This document shows positions 1 through 9,629 of a stretch of DNA of 38,859 bases, piece after piece. The stretch lies in NCBI GenBank assembly GCA_964528115.1, contig CAZGRJ010000008.1:1-38859 (forward strand), read 5' to 3'. How positions within the stretch are numbered: the stretch's first letter is position 1; each line of letters starts with the position of its first letter. The DNA is from an uncultured Nitrospirales bacterium (GTDB lineage Bacteria > Nitrospirota > JACRHL01). Position numbers and translations under genes: made by a program. Below the pieces are notes generated by a model that did no database searches, was not told the origin of the DNA, and worked only from the letters and a program-made list of their open reading frames with translations.

Positions 1-816
1 CTCATGGGGATGCAGGCCCTCGGCTTCGTCCTGCACGCCTTCGCACAGGTCCGCAAATCCGGTGGGTGGACGATGGTGGACGGCTGCGGCATCGGTCCGC
101 TCCGGCAGGACAACCACGTTCGGGCGGTGCGCGAGATCCTGCGCCTGGCGAACGCGATCACCGTGCGCGACACGCCGTCCCTCGCGTGGGTTTCCGGGGA
201 GACCGGGCGCGAGGACGCCGAATGCGCCGGCGATCCGGCGGTCGGGTACGTGCGGGCCTGGGCGGCGGAGAACCCCGCGCCCGAAGGCCTGGGCGGACCC
301 GAATACCTGGCGTGCTTCCTGCGCCAGCTGACCACCGAGTACGCGGGCGGCATGGAGCGGGCGGCGTTCGAGGCCTTCCGGGAGCGGTTCGAGCACGGCC
401 TGGCGGCGCTCGTGGGCGAGGCGGCGGCGCGCACCGGGCTCACGCCGCTCCTGTTGCCCATGCACACCTTTGCCATTGGCGGCGACGACCGCGACTTCGC
501 CCGCCGGTTCGCGCGCATGCTGCCCAAGGGCCTGAAGTGCGAGATCGCGGACCGGGTCTATGCCCCCGGGGCGCTGCTGACGGCCATGGCGCGCTCGCCG
601 TTCTCCATCTGCATGCGGTTCCACTCGGTGCTGTTCGCCGAGACCCTGGGAGCGCCGTACCTCGCGGTGGACTACACCGGCGGCGGCAAGATCCGGGGAT
701 TGCTCGGGGACCGGGGCCGGGAGGCCGTGTGCCTGGACCGAGAGGCGTTGGCGTCCGGCGCGTGGGAGGAACCGCTGGCGGCCGCCATGCCGCGGCGGCT
801 CGTGCGGCCGGGATGA
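1..816 (+). CDS. polysaccharide pyruvyl transferase family protein, C-terminal part (5' end outside window)
   Basis: ORF 4..816 is open to the window edge. It carries the C-terminal signature I associate with WcaK/CsaB/PssM-type pyruvyl transferases: PGALLTAMARSPFSICMRFHSVLFAETLGAPYLAVDYTGGGKIRGLL. Stop TGA 814-816 overlaps the next ATG (ATGA). Confidence 0.65.
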   Translation, partial: LMGMQALGFVLHAFAQVRKSGGWTMVDGCGIGPLRQDNHVRAVREILRLANAITVRDTPSLAWVSGETGREDAECAGDPAVGYVRAWAAENPAPEGLGGPEYLACFLRQLTTEYAGGMERAAFEAFRERFEHGLAALVGEAAARTGLTPLLLPMHTFAIGGDDRDFARRFARMLPKGLKCEIADRVYAPGALLTAMARSPFSICMRFHSVLFAETLGAPYLAVDYTGGGKIRGLLGDRGREAVCLDREALASGAWEEPLAAAMPRRLVRPG

Positions 817-2048
817 AGGTCGCCGTCGTCAGCGACCTGGAGACGAAGGGCGGCGCGGCCATCGCGGCCACCCGCATCTGCCGGGGCCTGGAGGCGGGCG
901 GCGCCGAGGTGCGCCGGTTCGTCCGTCGGCGGCAGACCCCGGACGCGGTCCAGGTGAGCCCCGACCGGACCCAGGACGTGCTGGTCGAGTTCCTGATGCG
1001 CCGGACCGGCCAACGCGGCCGGGTCAAGCGCCGCCGCGTGGCCGTGAGCGACGCGCTGGTGGCGAAGGCGGTGGACCGGTACCGCCCCGACGTGGTGCAC
1101 GTGCACAACCTGCACTTCAACGCCTTCGGCATCGGGGCCGTGGCGCGCCTCCGGGCCCTCGGCTATCCGGTCGTGTGGACGCTCCACGACGCGTGGGCCT
1201 TCACCGGCGGCTGCGTCTATCCCTACGACTGCGATCTCTTCTACCGGGGCGGCTGCGACCACACCTGCCCGATCCCCGAGCGCTACCCGGTCCTGGACCC
1301 GCGCCACATCCGGGCCGACTACGAGGCGCGGCGGGCCTTTTACCGCGGCCAAGGGCGCGACCTGGTGTTCGTTACGCCGTCGCGCTGGCTGGCCGGCGAG
1401 GCCCGCAAGGGCATGCTGGCGGAGCACCGGATCGAGGTGATCCCGAACGGGATCGACCTGGAGGTCTTCAAGCCCTTCCCCGCCGACGCCGCGCGCCGCG
1501 CCCTGGACCTGCCGGAGGGCGTCCCGATCCTGTTGGCCGGTACCCAGACCCTGGCCGAGGAGCGCAAGGGGGCGACGTATCTGATGCAGGCGCTGGAGAT
1601 GCTGCCGGCCCGCCGCGAGGTGTGCCTGGTCACGTTCGGCGTCTCGGCGGCGGTCAAGTCGCCGGTTCCGACGGTGTCCCTCGGGACCGTGCGCGACGAT
1701 CGCCTGACGCGCCTCTGCTACGCCGCGGCGGACCTGTTTGTCCTCCCCACCCTGGCCGACAATCTGCCCAACACGCTGGTGGAGGCGACGGCCTGTGGCA
1801 CGCCGTCGGTGGCGTTCGACGTGGGCGGAGTGTCGGAGATCGTGCACGACGGCCGGACCGGGTTCCTGGCCCGGTGCCGGGATGCCCGGGACCTGGCCGA
1901 CAAGATCGAGCGCGTCCTGGCCCTGGACCCGGAGGAGCACGCCAAGATGCGCTCCGCGTGCCGGGACTGGGCCCTGCGCGCCTACGACCACCGCGCCCAG
2001 GGACGGGCCTACCTGAACCTGTTCGGGTCCCTGGTCGGTGCGCGATGA
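813..2048 (+). CDS. glycosyltransferase, GT-B fold (family 4-like)
   Basis: Internal ATG 813 of ORF 66..2048 (MKVAVVSDLETKGGAAIAA...), with an ATGA overlap on the upstream stop. The ORF part upstream of 813 overlaps the pyruvyl-transferase frame and is Arg/Gly/Pro filler. The C-terminal GT4-type block is DLFVLPTLADNLPNTLVEATACGTPSVAFDVGGVSEIVHDGRTGFL. Contains a C-x5-C-x7-C-x3-C cluster at 1212-1268. Confidence 0.85.
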   Translation: MKVAVVSDLETKGGAAIAATRICRGLEAGGAEVRRFVRRRQTPDAVQVSPDRTQDVLVEFLMRRTGQRGRVKRRRVAVSDALVAKAVDRYRPDVVHVHNLHFNAFGIGAVARLRALGYPVVWTLHDAWAFTGGCVYPYDCDLFYRGGCDHTCPIPERYPVLDPRHIRADYEARRAFYRGQGRDLVFVTPSRWLAGEARKGMLAEHRIEVIPNGIDLEVFKPFPADAARRALDLPEGVPILLAGTQTLAEERKGATYLMQALEMLPARREVCLVTFGVSAAVKSPVPTVSLGTVRDDRLTRLCYAAADLFVLPTLADNLPNTLVEATACGTPSVAFDVGGVSEIVHDGRTGFLARCRDARDLADKIERVLALDPEEHAKMRSACRDWALRAYDHRAQGRAYLNLFGSLVGAR

Positions 2049-2082
2049 GCGTCGTGCCGGGGCGAAGCAAGGCGGTGGTTCG

Positions 2083-2985
2083 GTGAAGTTCTCCATCGTC
2101 ACGCCGTCCCATAACAGCGAGCGGTTCATCGCGGAGACGATCGAGAGCGTCGTGTCCCAGGCGGGGGACTTCGAGGTCGAGTACATCGTCGTGGACAACG
2201 CCTCGACCGACCGCACGACGGAGATCGTCTCCGACTACGCCGGCCGCGTCCGGGCGGGGACGTATCCCGTGGCGTGCAAGGGGGTGTCGATCGACCTGAC
2301 GTCCGAGCCCGACGAGGGCATGTACGACGCGATCAACCGGGGCTTTCGGAAGGCGACCGGGGACGTGTTCGCGTGGATCAACTCGGACGACATCTACGTT
2401 CCGGGAGCATTTCAGAACATGGCGCGTTGCTTCGCCAGGTTCCCGGACGTCCGATGGTTGAAAGGGATTACGTCCTTTATCGACGAGCAATCCCGGATCG
2501 TCAAGGCGGGCGGCTGTCTTCTGTATTGCCAGCAATGGTTACGTCGTGGCGTTTATGGCCGGGCGAGTCACTGGGTCACGCAGGACAGCGTCTTTTGGCG
2601 GGCCGACCTGTGGCATGAGGTGGGGGGATGCGACCCCCGGCTGAAGTTCGCCGGCGACTATGCCCTGTGGATGGCCTTCGCTGAGAAGGCCACGCTCTTC
2701 TCGCTGGACGTGGAGACGAGCTGCTTCCGACGGGTCGCCGGCCAGAAGAGCCAGGACATGGCCGCGTACCGGATGGAGATGGCCGCGCTCTCCGCGGGCC
2801 TGGATGGGGACGATGAGCGGATCCGACGGTATTTCGCTCGGGAACGCTGGCTTCCAAAATTGCTGCGTCCATGGATCTTCCGGTGGCTCTTCGGGGCGTT
2901 GGAGTTCCACCTGCTGAAGCCGGGTCCCGGGGACGACATCCGGCGCCACCAGGGGAACTTTCATCGGCTGAGGGCGCTGGTGTGA
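2083..2985 (+). CDS. glycosyltransferase family 2 (GT-A fold)
   Basis: VKFSIVTPSHNSERFIAETIESVVSQ...EYIVVDNASTDRT...AWINSDDIY is the classic GT2 N-terminal domain with a DxD-like SDD. GTG 2083 is preferred as start (typical GT2 N-terminus, purine-rich GGCGGTGG upstream). GTG 2038 is the longest alternative. Confidence 0.85.
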   Translation: MKFSIVTPSHNSERFIAETIESVVSQAGDFEVEYIVVDNASTDRTTEIVSDYAGRVRAGTYPVACKGVSIDLTSEPDEGMYDAINRGFRKATGDVFAWINSDDIYVPGAFQNMARCFARFPDVRWLKGITSFIDEQSRIVKAGGCLLYCQQWLRRGVYGRASHWVTQDSVFWRADLWHEVGGCDPRLKFAGDYALWMAFAEKATLFSLDVETSCFRRVAGQKSQDMAAYRMEMAALSAGLDGDDERIRRYFARERWLPKLLRPWIFRWLFGALEFHLLKPGPGDDIRRHQGNFHRLRALV

Positions 2986-3004
2986 CGGGCGCGCGACGGC
3001 GAGC

Positions 3005-3769
3005 GTGATCCGGGACTTCCTTAGCCGGGTTTGCCGTTTCTCGGCGCGCCGTCTCGGCAGGGCATCGGAGCGCCTCGGGGAGACCGCCGCCGAGCGCGAC
3101 GCGCGTCGATATCGCGACTGCTTCGTCACGGTGAAGCGAGTGTTGGACGTCATTCAGCCACATACGCTGTGCGACATCGGCGCTCATGCCGGTCACTGGA
3201 CCCACGTGATGGCACGCCTGAATCCGGACCTTCGGCACGTTGCCCTGTTTGAGCCGCAATCGGCGTTCCGTGGCGAGCTGGCGTCCCTGGAAGTGCCGGG
3301 CGTGGAGAAGGTGATCTATCCGTTCGCCCTGGGCCGGAAATCGGGGACGGCGCGCATCAAAGGAGGGACGGCCTCGGCCTCTCTGCTCGATGCGGCGGCG
3401 GCTCAGGATAGGTACTTTCCGGGAACGGTCAATCGGGAGGTGGCGGAGGACGTCCAAGTCGAGGTGCTGGACGAGGTGTATGAGCGGGACCGCCTGCCGA
3501 CCCCCGACCTGATCAAGCTGGATGTCCAGGGGTTCGAGCTGGACGTGTTGCGGGGCGCGGAAGCCGTTCTCGGCCGGGCGAAGTGCCTTGTGGTGGAGCT
3601 CTCCTTCCAAGCTTTCTACGATGGGCAGACCCCACTGTGGGAGCTGCTTCGGTTCCTGCACGAGCGGCACTACGTCATGGTCGCGCGCGGATTCGAGTGG
3701 CACGCGGCGACTCCGGCCCGGGAACTCCTCCAGATGGACGGTATCTTCCTCAACCAGACCGTGGCGTAA
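3005..3769 (+). CDS. FkbM family methyltransferase
   Basis: GTG 3005. FkbM-type motifs are present: LCDIGAHAGHWT (SAM loop), ALFEPQ, and PDLIKLDVQGFELDVLRGAEAVL. Confidence 0.8.
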   Translation: MIRDFLSRVCRFSARRLGRASERLGETAAERDARRYRDCFVTVKRVLDVIQPHTLCDIGAHAGHWTHVMARLNPDLRHVALFEPQSAFRGELASLEVPGVEKVIYPFALGRKSGTARIKGGTASASLLDAAAAQDRYFPGTVNREVAEDVQVEVLDEVYERDRLPTPDLIKLDVQGFELDVLRGAEAVLGRAKCLVVELSFQAFYDGQTPLWELLRFLHERHYVMVARGFEWHAATPARELLQMDGIFLNQTVA

Positions 3770-3773
3770 CGTT

Positions 3774-4970
3774 GTGGTGAGTCCGGCCATCGTCCTCATC
3801 GACCCATTGGGCGGCGGCCATCGGCCCGCCTACCTGGAGCGGCTGTGCGTCATGCTGCTGCGCGCCGGGCGGAAGGTGGCGGCGGTGACGCCGGACACGG
3901 ACGCGCTGGCCCGTCGGATAGCGGAGTCGGGCGCCGATTCGGGGGGACGGTTTCGGGCGTACGAGTACAACGAGCCGCCGACCGTGGCTTCCGGCTTGAT
4001 TCGGAATGTGCTCAGAGCGACCGGGCGGTGGATGCGGGCCGCCGGGCACGTGCGGTCGGCGTGGCGGGACTTCGGCGGCCCGGCACCCGACGTGCTGTTC
4101 ACGTGGATGGACATCTACGTCCAGGCCCGCCTGCCCCCCGTCGTGCTGGATCGGGTCTTTCCCTTCCGGTGGACCGGCATCTACTTCCACCCCCGGGTCT
4201 TTCGCTTGGCGGACGCGGGCGCGACACGCCGCCGGCGATCGGCCTCCGTCTTCCGGGCCCGCCGTTGCGGCGGCGTGGGTGTTCTGGACGGTGGCGTCAT
4301 CGCTGCGTTGTCGGAGGCGTGCGCGGGAAAGCCCGTGATTCACGTGCCCGACGTCGCGGACGACGCCGCGCCGGACCGCGACGACCCCATTGCGGTGGAG
4401 ATCCGGCGCAGGGCGGCGGGCCGCGTCGTGGTGGGCCTGGTGGGCGCCCTGGCGGCACGCAAGGGGATTCGCACGCTGCTCCAGGTGGCGGACCGCGTGG
4501 CGCCGGAGGAGTGGCTGTTCGTCCTGGTCGGCGACCTCGTGGAGAAGACCTTCGAGCCGCGAGAGCTGGCGCGGCTCCGGGAGATTGCCGGCAACGGGGA
4601 GAAGGGGATCTACGCCCACTTCGGCCGGATTCCGGGCGAGGCCCAGTTCAACGCCGTCATCGAGGCGTGCGACGTGCTGTTCGCGGCCTACGAGCGCTTC
4701 CCCCACAGCAGCAACCTTCTGGCGAAGGCCGCCCTGTTCAAGAAGCCCGTCGTCGTCAGCCGCGGGTACTACATGGAGGAGCTCGTGCGCCGCTACCACC
4801 TGGGGGCGGCCATCGACGAGGGGGACGCATCCCAGTGCGTCCAGGCGCTGGACGCGATCCGGAAGGACCTGGGCGCCGGCCGGATCGCGGGGTACGGGTT
4901 CGACGCCTACCTCCGGGAGCACTCGCAGGAACGCTTCGAAGAAGCCGTCATGCGCCTGGTCGGGTCATGA
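3774..4970 (+). CDS. putative glycosyltransferase (GT-B-like C-terminal domain, family unassigned)
   Basis: Internal GTG 3774 (or 3777) of ORF 3522..4970, 5 nt after the FkbM stop. The upstream part of the ORF overlaps FkbM out of frame. The C-terminal half resembles a GT-B nucleotide-sugar domain: VVVGLVGALAARKGIRTLLQVA...WLFVLVGD...FAAYERFPHSSNLLAKAALFKKPVVVSRGYYMEELV. Coding status is solid, function is tentative. Confidence 0.5.
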   Translation: MVSPAIVLIDPLGGGHRPAYLERLCVMLLRAGRKVAAVTPDTDALARRIAESGADSGGRFRAYEYNEPPTVASGLIRNVLRATGRWMRAAGHVRSAWRDFGGPAPDVLFTWMDIYVQARLPPVVLDRVFPFRWTGIYFHPRVFRLADAGATRRRRSASVFRARRCGGVGVLDGGVIAALSEACAGKPVIHVPDVADDAAPDRDDPIAVEIRRRAAGRVVVGLVGALAARKGIRTLLQVADRVAPEEWLFVLVGDLVEKTFEPRELARLREIAGNGEKGIYAHFGRIPGEAQFNAVIEACDVLFAAYERFPHSSNLLAKAALFKKPVVVSRGYYMEELVRRYHLGAAIDEGDASQCVQALDAIRKDLGAGRIAGYGFDAYLREHSQERFEEAVMRLVGS

Positions 4971-5923
4971 CCCCCCTCGCCCTGTTCGCATACAACCGCG
5001 CCGCCCACGTGGCGGCGGCGCTGGATTCGCTGGCGCGGTGCGCGCGGCTGGACGAATGCCGGGTTCACGTCTTCTGCGACGGCCCGAAGGGGCCGGACGA
5101 CGCGAGGGCCGTGGCGGCGACGCGTGCCGTGGTGCGCGAGCGGGCGGGGGCGCTGAACGCCGAGGTGGTCGAGCGGGAGGAGAACCTGGGCCTCGCGCGC
5201 TCCGTCGTGACGGGGGTCACGGACCTGTGCGCGCGGTTCGGGCGCGTGATCGTGGTGGAGGACGACCTGATCGTCGCGCCGGACTTCCTCGCGTACATGC
5301 TCGCGGCCCTGGACCGCTACGAAGACGCGGACGACGTGTACCAGGTCTCGGGCTTCATGGTCCCGGTCGCGCACCCGGCGGTGCCGGACACGTTCTTCCT
5401 GCCCCTCACGACCACCTGGGGCTGGGCGACCTGGGGGCGGGCGTGGGAGGCCTTCGATTGGGACGCCTCCGGCGCGGTCGAAGCCCTGCGCGACCCGGAG
5501 ACCCGGGCGCGCTTCGACCTGGGCGGTGCGTACCCCTACGCCGCCATGCTCGAGGACCGCCTGGCGGGCCGCAACGACTCCTGGGGCATCCTCTGGTGGT
5601 GGGCCGTCTTCAAGGCCCGGAGCCTGGTCCTGCACCCGCGCCGGTCGCTCGTGCGGGTGGGGGGCATGGACGGCACCGGGACCCATTCCGGCGCCGTGGA
5701 CCCGCTGGGCCAGCCCGGCGCCGAGGCCTTCCGCGCCCCGGTCCTTGGGACGGGTCCGGGGGTGTCGCCACGCCTGCCGGACCGGGTGGCGCCGGACGCG
5801 GCCGCCCTCGCGCGGGTCACGGCCTACCTGGACGAGCGCTTCGGGCGCCGCTCGCGCACCTGGACCCGGCGGCTCGCACGGCGCCTCGGCGCCGAACGCC
5901 CGGCCGCGCACGGGGGGGCGTGA
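4967..5923 (+). CDS. putative glycosyltransferase (GT-A-like, DxD = EDD)
   Basis: ATG 4967 (ATGA overlap with upstream stop) inside ORF 3845..5923. [19 protein letters not shown]...[10 protein letters not shown]...[20 protein letters not shown] gives a Rossmann-like beta-alpha pattern plus an acidic DxD-type motif. Function is tentative. Confidence 0.5.
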   Translation: MTPLALFAYNRAAHVAAALDSLARCARLDECRVHVFCDGPKGPDDARAVAATRAVVRERAGALNAEVVEREENLGLARSVVTGVTDLCARFGRVIVVEDDLIVAPDFLAYMLAALDRYEDADDVYQVSGFMVPVAHPAVPDTFFLPLTTTWGWATWGRAWEAFDWDASGAVEALRDPETRARFDLGGAYPYAAMLEDRLAGRNDSWGILWWWAVFKARSLVLHPRRSLVRVGGMDGTGTHSGAVDPLGQPGAEAFRAPVLGTGPGVSPRLPDRVAPDAAALARVTAYLDERFGRRSRTWTRRLARRLGAERPAAHGGA

Positions 5924-5927
5924 GGTC

Positions 5928-6521
5928 GTGGGCGGCGGGGGTCCCCTGGCGTTCGCGCGCCGGCTGCGGGAACGGCTCGCGGGCCCGCGCTGCGTGCGCG
6001 ATCCGACCGCGCGCTTTTACGCCACCGCGCGCGTGCACGACAACGCCGGGAGGGGCACGGCGATCCGCGTCGGCGCCCACACCCACGTCCGGGGCGAGCT
6101 GATGACCTTCGGCCACGGCGGCCGGATCGAGATGGGCGCCTACTGCCACCTGGGCGAGCAGAGCCGCATCTGGTCCGCCCAACGCATCGTGATCGGCGAC
6201 CGGGTGCTCATCTCGCACCTGGTGAACATCTTCGACAGCGACACCCACCCCTTCGGCCCGCGGGCGCGCCATGCCCAGTTCCAGGCGATCATCACCACCG
6301 GCCACCCGGACCGCCTGGAGATGGGCGAGGCGCCGGTGGAGCTGTGCGACGACGTGCTCGTGGGGTGCATGGCGATCATCCTCAAGGGCGTGACCGTGGG
6401 AAAGGGCGCCATCGTCGGGGCGGGGAGCGTGGTCACGAAGGACGTGCCCGAATGGACCGTCGTGGCGGGCAACCCGGCCCGGGTCCTGCGCGAGCTGACG
6501 CCCGAGGAGCGCGAGTCATGA
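5928..6521 (+). CDS. sugar O-acetyltransferase, hexapeptide-repeat (left-handed beta-helix) family
   Basis: GTG 5928, 4 nt after upstream stop TGA 5921-5923, inside ORF 5526..6521. Hexapeptide repeats are [13 protein letters not shown] and [43 protein letters not shown]. Confidence 0.8.
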   Translation: MGGGGPLAFARRLRERLAGPRCVRDPTARFYATARVHDNAGRGTAIRVGAHTHVRGELMTFGHGGRIEMGAYCHLGEQSRIWSAQRIVIGDRVLISHLVNIFDSDTHPFGPRARHAQFQAIITTGHPDRLEMGEAPVELCDDVLVGCMAIILKGVTVGKGAIVGAGSVVTKDVPEWTVVAGNPARVLRELTPEERES

Positions 6522-7459
6522 CGGCGCCGAGGGTCAGCGTGGTGATCACCGCCTACAACCAGGCCGGGTGCGTGGGCGAGGCGGTGGCGAGCGTCCTGGC
6601 CCAGGAGGGGCCGCCGGTCGAGGTGGTGGTGGCGGACGACGCCTCCACCGACGGCACGCCCGACGTGATCCGGGACCTCGCCCGACGCCACCCGGGCGTC
6701 GTGGTCCCGGTCCTCGCCCCCGCCAACCGGGGTGTCTCGGCGAACCGCAACGCGGGGCTCGCGGCGGCGACGGGCGGGCGGGTCACCTGGCTGGACGGCG
6801 ACGACGTCTTCCTGCCCGGCAAGCTGGCGCGGGAGACCGCCGCGCTGGACGCCCGCCCGGACCTCGGCTGGGCCTACTCCCAGGTGACGGTCGTGGACGA
6901 GGCCCGGGGCACGCGCCGGCCGCGCTACGCCGCGGCGCCCCAGGGGGACGCCTTCGCCGCCATCGCGGGCATGGTGGGGCGCGCCCCGCGCAATCCCCTC
7001 GTGGCGCGGGAGGTGCTGGAGGCCGTGGGCGGGTTCGACGAGGGGCTCTCCCTGTACGAGGATTTCGACCTCATGCTGCGCCTGGCGCGGCGGTCGCGCT
7101 GCGCCTACGTGCCGGAGCCGGGCATGGAGTACCGCGTGCACGGCGGCGGCCTCCACGCCGGGGCGGCCGCGCGCCATGCCGCGAGCGTCGAGCGCCTCGC
7201 CGGCAACTTCGCCCGCCTCACCCAGGACCTGCCGCAACGGGAGCGGCGCCGGGCCCGCCGGGCGTTCCGGCACGGGCGGGAGCTGCTCCTCATGGGCACG
7301 GACCTCGCCGCCGGCGACCGCAGCGGCGCGGCCCGCCACCTGCTGCGCGGCCTCTCCCTCCGGCCCGCCACCGTCCTGCGGGCGGACACCCTGCGGGCCA
7401 TCGCGGGCCTCTTGCGCCTGGCAGCCGGGCCCCGGCCGCCGGCGGGGGCCCGGCGCTGA
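6518..7459 (+). CDS. glycosyltransferase family 2
   Basis: ATG 6518 (ATGA overlap) inside ORF 6344..7459. Motifs: [25 protein letters not shown]...[12 protein letters not shown]...[13 protein letters not shown]. Confidence 0.85.
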   Translation: MTAPRVSVVITAYNQAGCVGEAVASVLAQEGPPVEVVVADDASTDGTPDVIRDLARRHPGVVVPVLAPANRGVSANRNAGLAAATGGRVTWLDGDDVFLPGKLARETAALDARPDLGWAYSQVTVVDEARGTRRPRYAAAPQGDAFAAIAGMVGRAPRNPLVAREVLEAVGGFDEGLSLYEDFDLMLRLARRSRCAYVPEPGMEYRVHGGGLHAGAAARHAASVERLAGNFARLTQDLPQRERRRARRAFRHGRELLLMGTDLAAGDRSGAARHLLRGLSLRPATVLRADTLRAIAGLLRLAAGPRPPAGARR

Positions 7460-8472
7460 TGGGGGACACGAAGGACACGGGCGCCATGCGGCCCCTCTTC
7501 CTGGTCTCGCTGCCGCGCTCGGGCTCCACGCTCCTGCAGAAGATGCTGGCCGTGAGCCCCCGGGTCGCGTCGGCCTCGGAGCCGTGGATCATGCTGCCCC
7601 TCGCGTATCTCTTTCGGCCCGACGGCGTCCTGGCGGAGTACGGCCACCGCACCCTCGCGGACGCCGTCGCCGACGTGGGCGAGGCGCTCCCGGGGGGTCG
7701 CGCGGAGCTGATCGCGGGCCTGGCGGAGTTCGCGCGCGGCGTCTACGCCGGGCTCGCCCGGACCGCGGGGCGTGCGGACGCGGCGTGGTTCCTGGACAAG
7801 ACGCCGCGCTACTTCCTCATCGTGCCGTTCCTCGCCGAGGCCTTCCCGGACGCGCGCTTCCTGTTCCTGTTCCGCAACCCCCTCGAGGTCCTCGCCTCCT
7901 GCCTGCGCACCTGGCACGCGGACCGCTTCGGTCCCGCCTTCAACGGCAGCTACGTGGACCTGTTCGAAGGTCCATCCCGCATGGCGGCGGGCCTGAAGGC
8001 GGTGGGGGACAAGGGACTCGCGGTGCACTACGAGCGCCTCGTGACCGACCCGAAGGGCGTCCTCGGGGAGGTATGCGGCCACCTGGACATCCCGTTCGAC
8101 GACGCCATGCTCTCCGCGTACCGCGACGTGGCCTTCGAGGGCCGCATGGGCGACCCGGACGGCGCCGGCCGCTACGACGGGGTCTCCACCGCGTCCCTGG
8201 ACCGCTGGCGCGCCTTCGTGCGCACCCACTTCCGGCGGGGCTACGCGCGCCGCTACCTGCGCGGCCTGGACGACGCCACGCTGGCCGCGTTCGGCATCGA
8301 CCGGGACGCGCTCCTGGCGGAGATCGACCGCTGCCCGGTGTCGTGGCGGGGGGACCCGGCCGACGTCGTGCGCGCGGGCGCCATGACCCTGGCGCGCCTC
8401 CTCAACAACGGTCGCTTTCGGCGCGCCTACGACACGCTGCGGCGGGGCGAGCGCATCATCCCGTTCGGATAG
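7459..8472 (+). CDS. sulfotransferase family protein
   Basis: ATG 7459 shares its A with upstream TGA 7457-7459 and lies inside ORF 6568..8472. An alternative ATG is at 7486. The N-terminal PAPS-binding-type loop is LFLVSLPRSGSTLLQKML, followed by DKTPRYF and FLFLFRNPLEVLAS. Confidence 0.8.
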   Translation: MGDTKDTGAMRPLFLVSLPRSGSTLLQKMLAVSPRVASASEPWIMLPLAYLFRPDGVLAEYGHRTLADAVADVGEALPGGRAELIAGLAEFARGVYAGLARTAGRADAAWFLDKTPRYFLIVPFLAEAFPDARFLFLFRNPLEVLASCLRTWHADRFGPAFNGSYVDLFEGPSRMAAGLKAVGDKGLAVHYERLVTDPKGVLGEVCGHLDIPFDDAMLSAYRDVAFEGRMGDPDGAGRYDGVSTASLDRWRAFVRTHFRRGYARRYLRGLDDATLAAFGIDRDALLAEIDRCPVSWRGDPADVVRAGAMTLARLLNNGRFRRAYDTLRRGERIIPFG

Positions 8473-8526
8473 GGGCGCCCCGGCCGTTCCCGATGGATGT
8501 CCTAGAAATGCCAAAGAATTGACAGG

Positions 8527-8556
8527 TTCGAATTCCTACCCGCACATGGGTACAAT
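8527..8556 (+). promoter_or_regulatory. candidate internal sigma70-type promoter (TTCGAA - 18 nt - TACAAT)
   Basis: This is the only AT-rich stretch in the glycan locus. TACAAT lies at 8551-8556. A perfect TTGACA at 8519-8524 is 26 nt away (too far), while TTCGAA at 8527-8532 has workable spacing. No experimental support. Confidence 0.25.
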
Positions 8557-8648
8557 GCGCGCAAAACGGAAGCTGATGGGGGGCACCTCCGTCCACGGGA
8601 CGCCCGGCCGCACGCGGGTACGGGCGGTCCATTTATGGGGCGGGATGC

Positions 8649-9629
8649 GTGCGGCTGCGGCGACGCGGCGTGGGGGAGGAGCCCGTGCGGGGGGATGCGA
8701 GCGGCCCGGCCGCTCCCGGTCCGGGGGCGGCGATACGCACTTCCGGAGTGGTGCGTCCGTCCGAGGGGAGGGCTGCGCCCCGGCGGACCGGCAGCGCGTG
8801 GGAGGATGCCGTCCGGTGGTACCGGAGCCTTCCGGGCAACGGGGCGGCGGTCCGCGACAACTACTTCGACCTGCCGGTCCGGCGGGCGGCGGAGCGCTAC
8901 GCGGCGGGCGCGGAGTGCGGCGCCGTCCTGGACCTGCTGGGCCCGGGGGACGGGCGCCGGCTCCTGGACCTGGGCGCCGGCAACGGCGTGACCAGCTACG
9001 CCCTGGCCCGGGCGGGCTGGCGGGTCACCGCCCTGGAGCCGGACCCGAGCGTCGAGGTCGGGTCCGCCGCGATCCGCGCCCTGGCGCGGGAGACCGGTTT
9101 GCCGATCCGGGTCGTGCGGCAGACGGGCGAGGCGCTGCCGTTCCGCCCGGCGGCCTTCGACGCGGTGCACGGGCGCCAGGTCCTGCACCACGCCGCCGAC
9201 CTGGACCGGATGCTCGCGGAGGCGGCCCGCGTCCTCGTGCCGGGCGGTGTCTGCCTGTTCACCCGCGAGCACGTGGTGGACGGCCCGGCGCAGCTCGCGC
9301 GCTTCCTGGCCGGGCACCCGCTCCAGCATCGCTACGGCGGCGAGCACGCCCATCCGCGCCCCCGCTACGAGGCGGCGATCCGCGCCGCGGGGCTCGACCT
9401 CGCGCGGGTCTGGGGTCCCCTGGAGTCGCCCCTCAACTTCCACCCCGGCACCGAGGCGGAGCGGCGGGCCGCCATCTTCCGCAGCGCCGCCCGCAGCTTC
9501 CTGGGGTTAGGCGCCCTGCTGGCCTGGTCGGCGGCCTACCGCCGCGCCCACCTGCGGCGCCTGCGGGCGGGCGGCGGCGCGCCGGGGCGCCTGTACAGCT
9601 TCTTTGCGGTGAAGCCGTGCGCCTCCTGA
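8649..9629 (+). CDS. class I SAM-dependent methyltransferase
   Basis: Motif I is RLLDLGAGNGVTSYALARAG, followed by ALEPD, and post-I/II-like FDAVHGRQVLHH...VLVPGGVCLF. The start is uncertain. GTG 8649 is the longest, with in-frame GTGs at 8670, 8685 and 8748/8751. The first ~35-50 residues look like non-coding high-GC translation. Confidence 0.7.
   Translation: MRLRRRGVGEEPVRGDASGPAAPGPGAAIRTSGVVRPSEGRAAPRRTGSAWEDAVRWYRSLPGNGAAVRDNYFDLPVRRAAERYAAGAECGAVLDLLGPGDGRRLLDLGAGNGVTSYALARAGWRVTALEPDPSVEVGSAAIRALARETGLPIRVVRQTGEALPFRPAAFDAVHGRQVLHHAADLDRMLAEAARVLVPGGVCLFTREHVVDGPAQLARFLAGHPLQHRYGGEHAHPRPRYEAAIRAAGLDLARVWGPLESPLNFHPGTEAERRAAIFRSAARSFLGLGALLAWSAAYRRAHLRRLRAGGGAPGRLYSFFAVKPCAS

Noticed and set aside
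8525-8546. Possible tRNA gene or fragment (GGTTCGAATTCCTACCCGCACA resembles a T-arm plus acceptor 3' strand)
   Set aside because: The T-loop has an extra T and the T-stem pairs at only 3 bp. I could find no complementary 5' acceptor strand (TGCGGGT), D-arm or anticodon arm in the preceding ~80 nt. At most it is a degenerate relic, so it is mentioned only as a curiosity in the spacer finding.
8519-8556. Perfect TTGACA paired with TACAAT as a canonical sigma70 promoter
   Set aside because: The hexamers are 26 nt apart, versus the canonical 16-18 nt. Only the -10 element with a weak TTCGAA -35 was kept, as a low-confidence candidate.
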